Assembly: GCA_020430775.1 (NCBI GenBank) | Contig: JAGQJE010000169.1 | Span: 2,343-66,342 of the forward strand | DNA: 64,000 bases | Source of the DNA: Myxococcales bacterium | GTDB taxonomy: Bacteria > Myxococcota_A > Polyangia > Polyangiales > Houyiibacteriaceae | Direction of reading: 5' to 3' | Shown here: in pieces, positions 11,995 through 22,100 of the stretch | Layout: the number at the start of each line of letters is the position of its first letter | How positions within the stretch are numbered: the first letter of the stretch is position 1 | Notes under the pieces: model-generated | The model's input: only the letters and a program-made list of their open reading frames with translations | What the model was told of the DNA's origin: nothing | Databases searched by the model: none | Translations under genes and position numbers: made by a program

Positions 11995-14900
11995 CTACGG
12001 CTCGCGCGGGTCGGTGCCGAGCTCGCGCCGCAGGACGCGGGCGATGATCTCGACGTGCGGCTTTTGTAGCAGCGAGAGGTGCCCGCCGGGGGTCTCGATG
12101 ACGCGGACGCCGCGCGCGACCTTGCTCCAGCCGTAGTCCGAGTCGAAGTCGTAGCGGTCGAACGCGTGCTCTTCGCCGGCACGGAACAAGAGCAGCTCGC
12201 CGCCGTAGGTCGGCCGCGTCCGGTCCCACTCCGCCATCGCGTCGAGGAAGATGCGCTCGCGGACGCGCTGCAGGCGGAGGTCCTCGCCGGTCAGTTGCTC
12301 CTCGGGCGCGCCCTCGACCGCGTCCCGGGTCGCCTCCCGGACGCCGGCGAGCTGGGCGAGCCGTTCGAGGGCGCGCCCCGGGTTGCTCGAGTAGCGCTTG
12401 ACGGAGGCCGCGAGCCGGCGGCGTGTCGACTCGCGCAGGCTGTCGCTGCGCAGCGTGTCGAAGAGGGCGACGAAGCGCACGGTCTGCCCCTGGGCGCGGA
12501 GGCGGCGCGCGACCTCGACCGCGAGCGTGCCGCCGAACGACAGTCCGGCGAGCGCGTACGGCCCCGTGTGCTGCTTTCGCCGGATCGCGACGAGCACCTG
12601 ATCGGCGAGGCTCTCGACCGATGGGGGCTCGACGTACTCGCCGCGAGCGATCGCCTCTATCATCTGCCGTTCCGTCGGCACCATCACGGCGTAGACGCTG
12701 TGGCCGGGACCGAGCGCGCTCGCGAGCGGGTAGTAGAACGCGACGCCCATCAGGCAAAAGACGTTCACTCCGCCATCTTCTTCGCGGATCGGGACGAGCT
12801 CGGCGGTGTCGCGGTCGAGGTTCTGCTCGAAGAGCGCGGCGAGCCTCGCGGGCGTCGGGGCGTGGAACACGTGCGCGAGCGTGATCGGCGCCTTGGTCAG
12901 CCGGCGTAGCTCCGCGACGGCGCGCGCGGCGAGCAGGGAGTAGCCGCCCATCGCGAAGAAGTCGTCGTCGCGGTCGAAGACGGGCGCGCCGAGCAGCTCC
13001 CGAAAGACCGAGATGATGATCGCCTCCGTGTCGTTGCGCGGAGGTCGTACGCTCGCCGGCGCCGCGCGCTCCGAAGACACGCGGCGCCGGGCCTCGGGCA
13101 CCGGGAGCGCGTTGCGGTCGACCTTGCCGTTCGCGTTCTGCGGCAACGCGTCGAGCCACACGTGCGCCGCGGGGACCATGTAGTCCGGGAGGGTCTCCCG
13201 CAGCCGCCGGCCGATGTCGTCGAACGTCGCCGCCTCTCCGCGGTCGGGCTCGAGGCCCACGAGGTAGGCGACGAGCTGTAGCTCCCCGCTCGCCGCAGGC
13301 TGCGGGTGTACGACCGCCTCGCGGACCTCGGGCATCTGGCGCAGGCGCGCCTCGATCTCGCCGAGCTCGATGCGGAAGCCGCGCAGCTTCACCTGGTGAT
13401 CGCGCCGCCCGCAGAACTCGAGGCGACCATCCGGGCGCCAGCGGGCGAGATCGCCGGTGCGGTAGAGGCGCTCGCGGAGCGCGTCGCCGGCCGCGTCGCG
13501 ATCGACGAAGCGCTCCGCCGTGAGCTCTGGGCGGTTGCGGTAGCCGCGGGCGAGGCCGACGCCGCCGAGCCACAGCTCGCCGAGCACGCCGATGGGTACG
13601 GGCTGGAGGCGGCCATCGAGCACGCGGGCCGTCGTGCGTTCGATCGGCGCGCCGATCGTGATCGGCGCCGGCGTCTCGACGGGGTCGACGGTCGCGTAGA
13701 TCGTCGCCTCCGTCGGCCCGTAGCCGTTCCACAGGCGCAGGTCCTGGTCGAGCAGGGCGGCCGCCAGATCGCTCGGCAAGGCCTCACCGCCGGTGATGCA
13801 CTTGAGTCCGGCGCGGAGCGGCACGCCCGACGCGACGAGCAGGCGCCATGTGGCGGGGACCGCTTGCAAGACCGTGACGCGCTCGCGGTCGAGGAGCTCG
13901 CCGAAGGCGTGGGTCTCGAGGACCGCGTCCTGGGGCGCGAGGCAGACGGCGCCGCCGGTGCAAAGCGGCGCGAGCAGCTCGAGCAGCGCGATGTCGAAGC
14001 CCACCGTCGTGACGGCGAGCCAGCGGTCGAGGCGGCCGAGCTTGAGCCTGCGTTCGAACGCGGAGACGACGTTCGCGAGCCCCCGGTGATCGAGCTCGAC
14101 GCCCTTCGGCGTGCCCGTCGACCCCGACGTGTAGAGCACGTAGGCGAGGTCATCGAGCGCGACGCCTCGCGAGGCGGGTGGGGCGGGCGCTGTGGGCGCC
14201 GCGGGGGGCGCCGACGACGGTGGCGCGTCGACGACGAGCAGCCGTGCGTCGATGCCCGCGACGCGGTCGCTCGTGTCGCGCTCCACCACCGCGACGGTGG
14301 CGCCCGCGTCGTCGATGATGAGCTGCAGGCGCGCGCGAGGCTGCCGCGGATCGAGCGGGAGGAACGCGGCGCCCGCCTTCATCACGGCGAGCAGCGTGGC
14401 GATGAGGTCCGGCCCGCGGTCTAGGCAGACCGCGACGAGCGCGCCCGGCCCGGCCCCGAGCGAGCGCAGGCGCTCGGCGAGCGCCGCCGCGCGGGCGTCG
14501 AGCGCGGCGTAGGTGAGCCGCGTCTCGCCGAAGGTGACCGCCTCGGCGTCGGGCGCGTGCCTCGCCCAGTCGCTGAAGCGCGCCAAGACCGTCTCGAGCG
14601 GGGCGTCGTCCGGGGCCTCGGCCACGCTGAACCCGTCGAGCTCGCGTCGCTCGTCGTCCGGGAGGAGCGACAGGGCGTTGAGCGCCGTCGCGGCGCCCCG
14701 GGCGGCGGCGGCGTACAGCGTCGTCAGCTCGGCGAGGCGCCGCTTCACGGTGGCGGGCTTGAACAGGGCCTTGTTGAACGTGCACTCGAAGACGAGCCGC
14801 TCGCCCGCGTCCACGACGTTCAGGCCGAAGTCGAAGGGATCAAACGCGCGGGGGTTGCTCCAGGCCCGTCCCTCCGTGTCGCCGAAGCGCAGCGGCTCCA

Positions 14901-16047
14901 CCCGCGGATCGAGGTTGAAGGTGACGGGGACGAGCGGCACCCGGCTCGGATCGCGCGCGACCGCGAGCCGAGACAGCAGCGTGCCGAACGTGAAGTCTTG
15001 ATGCTCGAACGCGTCGAGGACGCGGTCCTGCGCTGCCTGCGCGTGCGCTGCGAACGAGGCCTCGCCGTCGACGCGCACGCGTACCGGGAGCATGTTCACC
15101 CAGTGGCCGACGAGGCCCTCTTCGCCGCGGCTGAGCTGCCCGGCCGCCGGGACGCCGATGACGACGTCGTCGAGCCCCGTCAGCCGGTACACGAACGCGC
15201 AGAAGCCGGCGAAGAGCGTCGCGAAGAGCGTCGCGCCGGTCGAGCGGGCGAGCGCCCGGAGGTCGGCCGTGAGCGCCGGGTCGAGCTCGAGGTCGATGCG
15301 CTGCGCACCGAAGGTCCTCGCCGCGGGGCGGTTGTAGTCGGCGGGTAGGTCGAGCGGGGCGGGGAGCGGTTCGAGCTGGGCGAGCCAGTACGCCTCGTCC
15401 GCGGCCGTAGCGCGGGCCATGTGCGCGCGGGCAGCGTCGGTGTGAGTGGGTGCGGGATCGAGGGTCGCCGCGCGGCCCTGCACCTCGGCGGTGTACAGCT
15501 CGGACAGCTCGCCGATGAAGACGCCCGCCGACCACCCGTCGAAGACGAGGTGGTGGGCGGTAAAGACGAGGCGGAGCGCGCGGTCCGGCATGCGCGCGAG
15601 CCAAGCGCGCGCGAGCGGGCCGGCTTGCAGGTCGAAGGGCGTCGCGACGTCGTGCGCCACGCGGTCGCGGAACGACGCCTCGGCGAGCTCGATGGGCAGC
15701 TTCGATAGGTCGACGTGCTCGATCGGGAGCCGCGCGTCGGCGCTGATGACGAAGGACGACCCGTCGGCCGCGAACGACCCGCGCAGGGCCTGGTGGCGGG
15801 CGACGCCTGCCAGCAGCGCGCGCTCGAGCGCGCCCTCGTCGACGCGTCCGCCAAGCTCGAGCGTCAGGCTCTCGTTGTAGGCGCAGTTGGCGGGTTCGCC
15901 GCCGAGCTCGACCGCGAGCCACATCTCGGACTGCGGCTCGGTGAGCGGGACCGTCGCCTCGATCGCGCCGCCCGCGAAGGGATCGAACCCGTCGTCGCCC
16001 ATCGAGTCGTGTGGCCGCTCTGTCGCGTCCTCGGTCCCCGTCGTCAT
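11995..16047 (-). CDS. non-ribosomal peptide synthetase, C-A-PCP-TE (terminating module)
   Basis: 1350 aa; ATG is preceded by gggggaggtg. C domain: HHLVFDGWS (approx nt 14638..15960). A domain: LAYVLYTSGSTGTPKGV, NGYGPTE, YRTGDLARW, GKVDR (13078..14595). PCP: FFAMGGYSLL (12823..13041). TE: GLSFGG ... GGH (12013..12780). Confidence 0.9.
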   Translation of the reverse strand: MTTGTEDATERPHDSMGDDGFDPFAGGAIEATVPLTEPQSEMWLAVELGGEPANCAYNESLTLELGGRVDEGALERALLAGVARHQALRGSFAADGSSFVISADARLPIEHVDLSKLPIELAEASFRDRVAHDVATPFDLQAGPLARAWLARMPDRALRLVFTAHHLVFDGWSAGVFIGELSELYTAEVQGRAATLDPAPTHTDAARAHMARATAADEAYWLAQLEPLPAPLDLPADYNRPAARTFGAQRIDLELDPALTADLRALARSTGATLFATLFAGFCAFVYRLTGLDDVVIGVPAAGQLSRGEEGLVGHWVNMLPVRVRVDGEASFAAHAQAAQDRVLDAFEHQDFTFGTLLSRLAVARDPSRVPLVPVTFNLDPRVEPLRFGDTEGRAWSNPRAFDPFDFGLNVVDAGERLVFECTFNKALFKPATVKRRLAELTTLYAAAARGAATALNALSLLPDDERRELDGFSVAEAPDDAPLETVLARFSDWARHAPDAEAVTFGETRLTYAALDARAAALAERLRSLGAGPGALVAVCLDRGPDLIATLLAVMKAGAAFLPLDPRQPRARLQLIIDDAGATVAVVERDTSDRVAGIDARLLVVDAPPSSAPPAAPTAPAPPASRGVALDDLAYVLYTSGSTGTPKGVELDHRGLANVVSAFERRLKLGRLDRWLAVTTVGFDIALLELLAPLCTGGAVCLAPQDAVLETHAFGELLDRERVTVLQAVPATWRLLVASGVPLRAGLKCITGGEALPSDLAAALLDQDLRLWNGYGPTEATIYATVDPVETPAPITIGAPIERTTARVLDGRLQPVPIGVLGELWLGGVGLARGYRNRPELTAERFVDRDAAGDALRERLYRTGDLARWRPDGRLEFCGRRDHQVKLRGFRIELGEIEARLRQMPEVREAVVHPQPAASGELQLVAYLVGLEPDRGEAATFDDIGRRLRETLPDYMVPAAHVWLDALPQNANGKVDRNALPVPEARRRVSSERAAPASVRPPRNDTEAIIISVFRELLGAPVFDRDDDFFAMGGYSLLAARAVAELRRLTKAPITLAHVFHAPTPARLAALFEQNLDRDTAELVPIREEDGGVNVFCLMGVAFYYPLASALGPGHSVYAVMVPTERQMIEAIARGEYVEPPSVESLADQVLVAIRRKQHTGPYALAGLSFGGTLAVEVARRLRAQGQTVRFVALFDTLRSDSLRESTRRRLAASVKRYSSNPGRALERLAQLAGVREATRDAVEGAPEEQLTGEDLRLQRVRERIFLDAMAEWDRTRPTYGGELLLFRAGEEHAFDRYDFDSDYGWSKVARGVRVIETPGGHLSLLQKPHVEIIARVLRRELGTDPREP

Positions 16048-16163
16048 CGTCGGTGCACCTCCCCCATCCTACGTTAGCGAATTCTGGAGAACGTCCCAAC
16101 AACGCTTGTCAAGCAGACGCAGGCGGCGGTGGTGGGCGCGCCGCGCGTACCGTCGCTGGACCG

Positions 16164-19100
16164 TCAGCCGACGCGCTTGTACTGCCCCGGGCGATCCGCG
16201 TCCGGAGCGAACCACGCCGGCTTGCCGTCGCGGTCGCGTCCGAGGCGCGCGCCGGGGACGGGCGGCTCGTCCGTGTGGAGCGCGGCCACCGGCTGGCGCT
16301 GCGGCGGGAAGAGCCCCGACGCCGACATGTCGGACGCGGCGCGCTTGAACGCCTCCTCGATGGCGGCGACGTCCGCGTCGGTGTGGGCGATCGTGAGGAA
16401 GTACGTCCGCCCGTGGAAGGCGTGGATCCCGTGGTAGCGGAGGTAGTACGCGAAGAGGGTCGGCATCGGCTCGGGCACGTCGCACGCCAACCTAAAGACC
16501 GAGGAGAACGAGCTGAGCCGCAGCGGCGCGTCGACGGCCGTGAAGTGCGCGTTGAGCCGCTCGACGAGCCCCGCGGTCCGCGCGTTGATCGCGTCGAGCA
16601 TGGCGTCGCCGCGCTCCTTCAAGAGCGACAGCGCCGCCTTCGACGCGGCGAGCGCGAGCGGGTGGCGGACGAAGGTGCCCGCGAAGTAGGTCACGCCCAC
16701 CTCGGGCGTCGAGTCGTCGCCGAAGCGCCAGGCGCCCCCGTCGAGCGCGTCCATGTATTTGCGCGAGCCGGCGATCCCCCCGATCGGCAGGCCGCCGCCG
16801 AGGATCTTGCCGTAGGTCGCGAGGTCCGCCTTCACGCCGAAGTGTGCCTGGGCGCCGCCGAGCGCGATGCGAAAGCCGGTGATCACCTCGTCGAAGATGA
16901 GCGCCACGCCGCGCTCGGCGGTCAGCTCGCGCAGCTCGCGCAAGAACGCCTTCGGCTGCAGCGCGACGTTCCGGCTCTGCACCGGCTCGACGAGCACCGC
17001 GGCGAGCGTGTCGGCGCGCTCGCGGAGGATGCGCAGCGACTCGGGCGCGCCGTACTCGAGCACGAGCGTGTTGGCGACCGCCTCGCGCAGGATGCCCGCC
17101 GAGGCGGGGAACGACCGGCCGCTCGGGCTGCCGCGCACGATCACCTCGTCGAAGATCCCGTGGTAGTCGCCGTCGAACATCGCGATGGTCTTCTTGCCGC
17201 TCACCGTGCGCGCGAGGCGCATCGCGCCCATCACCGCCTCGGAGCCCGTGTTGCACATCACGGCGCGCTCGTGGCCGGTCATCTCGCAGATCAGCTTGGT
17301 GACCTCGCCGGCGAGCGGGTGCTGCGGGCCGATCTCGATGCCGCGGTCGAGCTGCGTGTGGACGGCCTCGATGACCTCCGGGCACGAGTGACCGAGGAAG
17401 TCCGCGCCGAAGCCGCAGGTGACGTCGATGTACTCGTTGCCGTCGATGTCCCAGACACGGCTTCCCTTCGAGCGATCGACGAGCAGCGGGTAGGTCAGTT
17501 CCTTGATGAGCGGGTGAAAGCCGGTGACGACCCGCGGGTCGGCGAGGTGGGGCCGATCCTGGGCCGTCCTGTCCTTCGAGGCGCGGGTCCGGGCGACGTA
17601 GGCCTCCGTGAAACGCGCGAGGGCCTTCTGCTGGCGCGGGGTGAGCTGGTCCGCGCCGGCGTGCTCGATCCGCGCCTGCGCGCCGAACGCACGAGCAGGC
17701 CGGGCGGGCTCCTCCGTCGTGTCGCCGGTCGGCGCGGCCTCGGGCGCCGTCGCCGGTTGGGCGGGCTCCGCCGGCGGTGTCGCGGCGGCGCTCACCGGAC
17801 TCGGCGCGGGCGCGGCGACGGCGGGGGTGGGCGCGGGCGCGGCGACCGGGGGCGCGGCACCGAGCAGCGCGAGCTGGCGCTGCATGAGCTCGAGCTGCTG
17901 CGCGATCACCGCCTGCACGGTGCCCGGCGCGGCGTCGATCGCGGTGACCGGCATCGCGAGCGCTGCGATCGGCTGCGCGGTCCCAGCGACACCCCCGGAC
18001 GCCGGGGCGGTCGGCGCGGCCGGGGCAGCCGTGGGATCCGGCGGCGGCTCGGGCGCTGCGAAACGGTCCGGCGGGAGCTCGGCGTCGAGGTAAGCGGCGA
18101 GCGCGCTCGGCGTCGACAGGTCGCGCATGAGCTGCCGGAAGGTGAGCGCGACGTCGAAGCGGCGCTTCAGGCTGAGCGACGCCTGCGTGAGCAGCAGCGA
18201 ATCGAGGCCCATCTCGACGAAGGGCATGTCGCTCGGGAGCTCCGACAGAGACAGGCCCGAGGTCTCCTCGAGGACCTCGGCGATGATCGGGATCAGCCGT
18301 TCGGTGCGGGTCATGGTGGGGGCTTTCTCAGGAGGCGCCGCGGCGACGGCGGAGGCCGGCGCAGCGCGCGGGGCGGGAGCCGAGACGCGCGCGGGCGGCG
18401 CGTCCGGGCTCGTGGTCTTGGTGGTCTTCGCGTGTGGCTCGGACAGGGCGAGGTGGTAGCGCTCGCGTTCGAACGCGTACCCGGGGAGCGACACCCGGCG
18501 CGCGCGTCCGAGCGGCCAGCGCGCGCTCGCGTCGAAGCGCACGCCGGCGACCCAGAGCCGCGCGAACGCCCGGCGAGCGGCGACGCGCTCTTCGCTGACG
18601 TCGCCCCCCGCGCCCAGCGCGGCGACCACGGCGCGGCTCGAGCCGCGATCGAGGCTGCGGCGGCAGAGCGCGGCGGCCGTGCCTCGCGGGCCGCAGTCGA
18701 GGACCGCGTGCTCGGTCTCGGCGAAGAGCCGGGCCGCCGCGTCCGCGAAGCGCACGGGCTCGCGCGCGTGTCGCGCCCAGTACCCCGGGTCCGTGGCCTG
18801 CTCCGGCCGCAGCCAGTCGCCGGTGACGCTCGAGACGATGGGCACCTCCGCCGGGTGCAGGGTCATGGTCGCGGCGAGCGCGCGGAGCGGCTCGACGATG
18901 GGGTCCATCATCGCCGAGTGGAACGCGTGGGAGGTGCGGAGCATCCGGCACGCGATGTCGCGGCGCTCGAGCGCGGCCGCGACCGCACGCACCGGCGCCT
19001 CCTCGCCGCCGACCACGCAGTCGCGCGGGCCGTTGATGGCGGCGAGCGCGACGCCCGGCACGAGCTCGGTCTCGATGTCCGCCGCCGCGGCGCGAACCGA

Positions 19101-22100
19101 CAGCATCGCGCCCGGGGGCAGCGCCTGCATCAGCCGGCCGCGTTCTGCGATGAAGCGCAGGGCGTCTCGCTCCGAGAGCACCCCCGCGAGGCACGCGGCG
19201 ACGAGCTCGCCGATGCTGTGGCCGATCATCGCCGCCGGTCGCACCCCCCAGCGCTCCCATTGGCGCGCGACGGCGTAGGACACGCAGAAGATGGCCGGCT
19301 GCGTGTAGCGCGTCTCGGTGAGCGCCGCCGCCGCCTCGTCGGTGTCGCGGTCCGTCGCGTGCAGCATGGCGCGCACGTCGAACCCCGCGACCGCCTCGAG
19401 CTCCGCGGCGCAGCGATCGAGGGTCTCGCGGTAGACGGCCTCGTCTTCGTAGAGCGACCTGCCCATCCCGGGGTGCTGCGCGCCCTGCCCGGGGAACGCG
19501 AACGCGACCGACACGTCATCGCGCTCGACGTGGCCACGGAAGGCGTCCGCCGGGCGCTCACCGCGGAGCGCCGCGGCGCCGCCGGCGAGGTCTTCGCAGA
19601 CGACGGCGCGTCGGAAGGGGAGCTCGGCCCGGCCGGTCTCGAGCGTGAACGCGACGTCCTGGGGGGCGAGCGCCGGGTCGCCCTCGAGGCGCGCCGCGAG
19701 CGCGTCAGCGGCTGCGTCGACCGAGGCCTCGGTCTTCGCGCTGAGCGTGAGGACGTACGCGCCGCCGGAGCCGACCGTCGCGGGCGCGCCGCGCTCGGGT
19801 GCTTGCTCGAGCACCACGTGCGCGTTGGTCCCCCCGACGCCGAACGAGCTGACGCCGGCGCGGCGCGGCCCAGGCAGGGCAGGCCACGCGCTGCGTTCGG
19901 CCGACACGCGGAAGGGGCCACCCGCGAAGTCGAGGTGCGGGTTCGGGCGGCGGAAGTGCAGCGTCGGGGGCAGCTCGCCGTGCTCGATCGCCAGCGCGGT
20001 CTTGATCAGCCCGATGACGCCGGCGGCGGCCGCGAGGTGGCCGAGGTTGCCCTTTATCGCGCCGAGCACGCGCGAGCCCGGCTCGAGCCGCCCGTCGGCC
20101 GCGAACGCGCGGTTGAGCCCGTCCAGCTCGATGGGATCGCCGAGCGCGGTGCCGGTCCCGTGCGCCTCGACGTACCCGATGCCCGCGGCCGGTAGGCGCG
20201 CGTCCCGGAGGGCGTCGACGATGACCGTGGCTTGGCCTGCCGCGCTCGGCGCCGTGTAGCTCACCTTCCGCGCGCCGTCGTTGTTGATCGCCGTGCCGCG
20301 GATGACGGCGTAGATCCGGTCGCCCGCCGCGAGCGCGTCGCTCAGGCGCCGCAGCACGACGAGACCCCCGCCGTCGCTGAAGAGCGTGCCGCTCGCGTCC
20401 GCGTCGAAGGGGCGGCAGCGCCCGTCCGCCGAGCGCATCCCGCCCTCGATGTGCGGATAGCCGACGTTCGCGGGAAACGCGAGGGTCATGCCACCGGCGA
20501 GCGCGAGGTCCGAGCTGCCGTCGCGCAGGCTCTGCACGGCCTCGTGGACGGCGACCAGACCCGTCGAGCAAGCCGTGTGCACCGAGACGGCGGGGCCGGT
20601 GAGGTCGAGCTTGTACGCGACGCGTGAGGCGACGTAGTCCTTCTCGTTGGCGATGGTGAGCGCGGTCTCGCCGATCGTCCGCCACAGGTCCGCGCGCGGC
20701 GCCACGTAGGACGTGAAGTAGGTGTTGTTCATCGTGCCGGCGAAGACCCCGCACCTGCCGGTGATGCGCCCCGCCGGAGTGCCCGCGTCTTCGAGGGCGT
20801 GCCAGGCGAGCTCGAGCAGCGCGCGCTGCTGCGGGTCCGTGATCTCCGCCTCCCGCTTGCCTACGCCGAAGAACGCCGCGTCGAAGGTGTCGCCGCCGGG
20901 GACCACGCCGCGCGCCCGGACGTATCCCGGGTCGCGGCGGTCGGCTTCGCTCACGCTCGGGTCGAGGTCGTCGTCGTCGAAGCGATCGATGCTCTCGACT
21001 CCGTCGAGCAGGTGCTGCCAGAAGGTGTCGAGGTCCTCGGCGCCCGAGACGCGCACCGCCATGCCGATGATCGCGACCGGCTCGCCGGCGTGGTCGGTGG
21101 CGGACGGCCCGCTCGACGCGTGCGCACGTTCAGCCGCCGCGGCGCCGCCCGAAGCAGCGGCGCCGTCGCGCGCCTCGATCCACCGGCAGAGCCCCCGCAC
21201 CGTCGGCTCGGCGAAGAGCTGCACGACGGGCACCTCGACGCCGTGCGTACGCTCGAGCGCGGCGATCGCGCTCACCGCGAGCACGGACGTACCGCCGAGA
21301 TCGAAGAAGCCGTCGTCGATGCCGACCCGGTCGAGGCCGAGGACGTCCGCCCACACGCCGGCGAGGGCGCGCTCGAGCGCAGAGGCTGGCGGGCGGTACG
21401 GCGCCGACAACGCGGGCCGCTCGCGCGTGGGCGCGGGCAAGGCGCCGCGGTCGACCTTGCCGTTCGCGCTCAAAGGGAGGGCGTCGAGCACGACGTAGGC
21501 CGACGGCACCATGTAGTCCGGCAGGCGCGCGCGGAGCGCCTCGCCGAGCGCGGCGGGATCGAGCGCGGGCGCCTCGGCCTCGGTCGGGCCCGCGGCTACG
21601 AGATACGCGACGAGCTGCTGGGCGCCCGACGGCGCCGGCTGCGGCTGCACCACCGCCTCGGCCACCTCCGGAAGCGCGAGCAGCGCCGCTTCGATCTCGC
21701 CGAGCTCGATGCGGTAGCCTCGGATCTTCACCTGGTGGTCGCGGCGCCCGTGGTAGGTCAGCCGCCCGTCGGGTTCCCGGCGGACCAGATCGCCCGTGCG
21801 ATAGAGGCGCTCCGGCAGCTCCGCGCCGTCCGGGGCGCGGTCGACGAAGCTCTGCGCGGTGCGCTCGGGCCGCCCGAGGTAGCCGCGCGCGAGCCCGAGG
21901 CCGCCGAGGCAGAGCTCGCCGGCGACCCCGTCCGGGACCGGTCGCAGCGCGTCATCGAGCACGTACGCGCGCATGCCGTCGATCGCGCGGCCGATGGTGA
22001 TCGGGGACGGCTCGACGATGGCGTCGACCGTGGCGCAGATGGAGGCCTCCGTCGGGCCGTAGGCGTTCCACAGGCGTACGCCGCGCTCGAGGAGCGCGCC

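Noticed and set aside
16011-20195. 1394-aa ORF on the + strand
   Set aside because: It is antisense to the NRPS-PKS gene. It is Arg/Gly/Ala-rich with no recognisable domain, whereas the minus strand carries complete KS, AT, ACP and AMT motifs.
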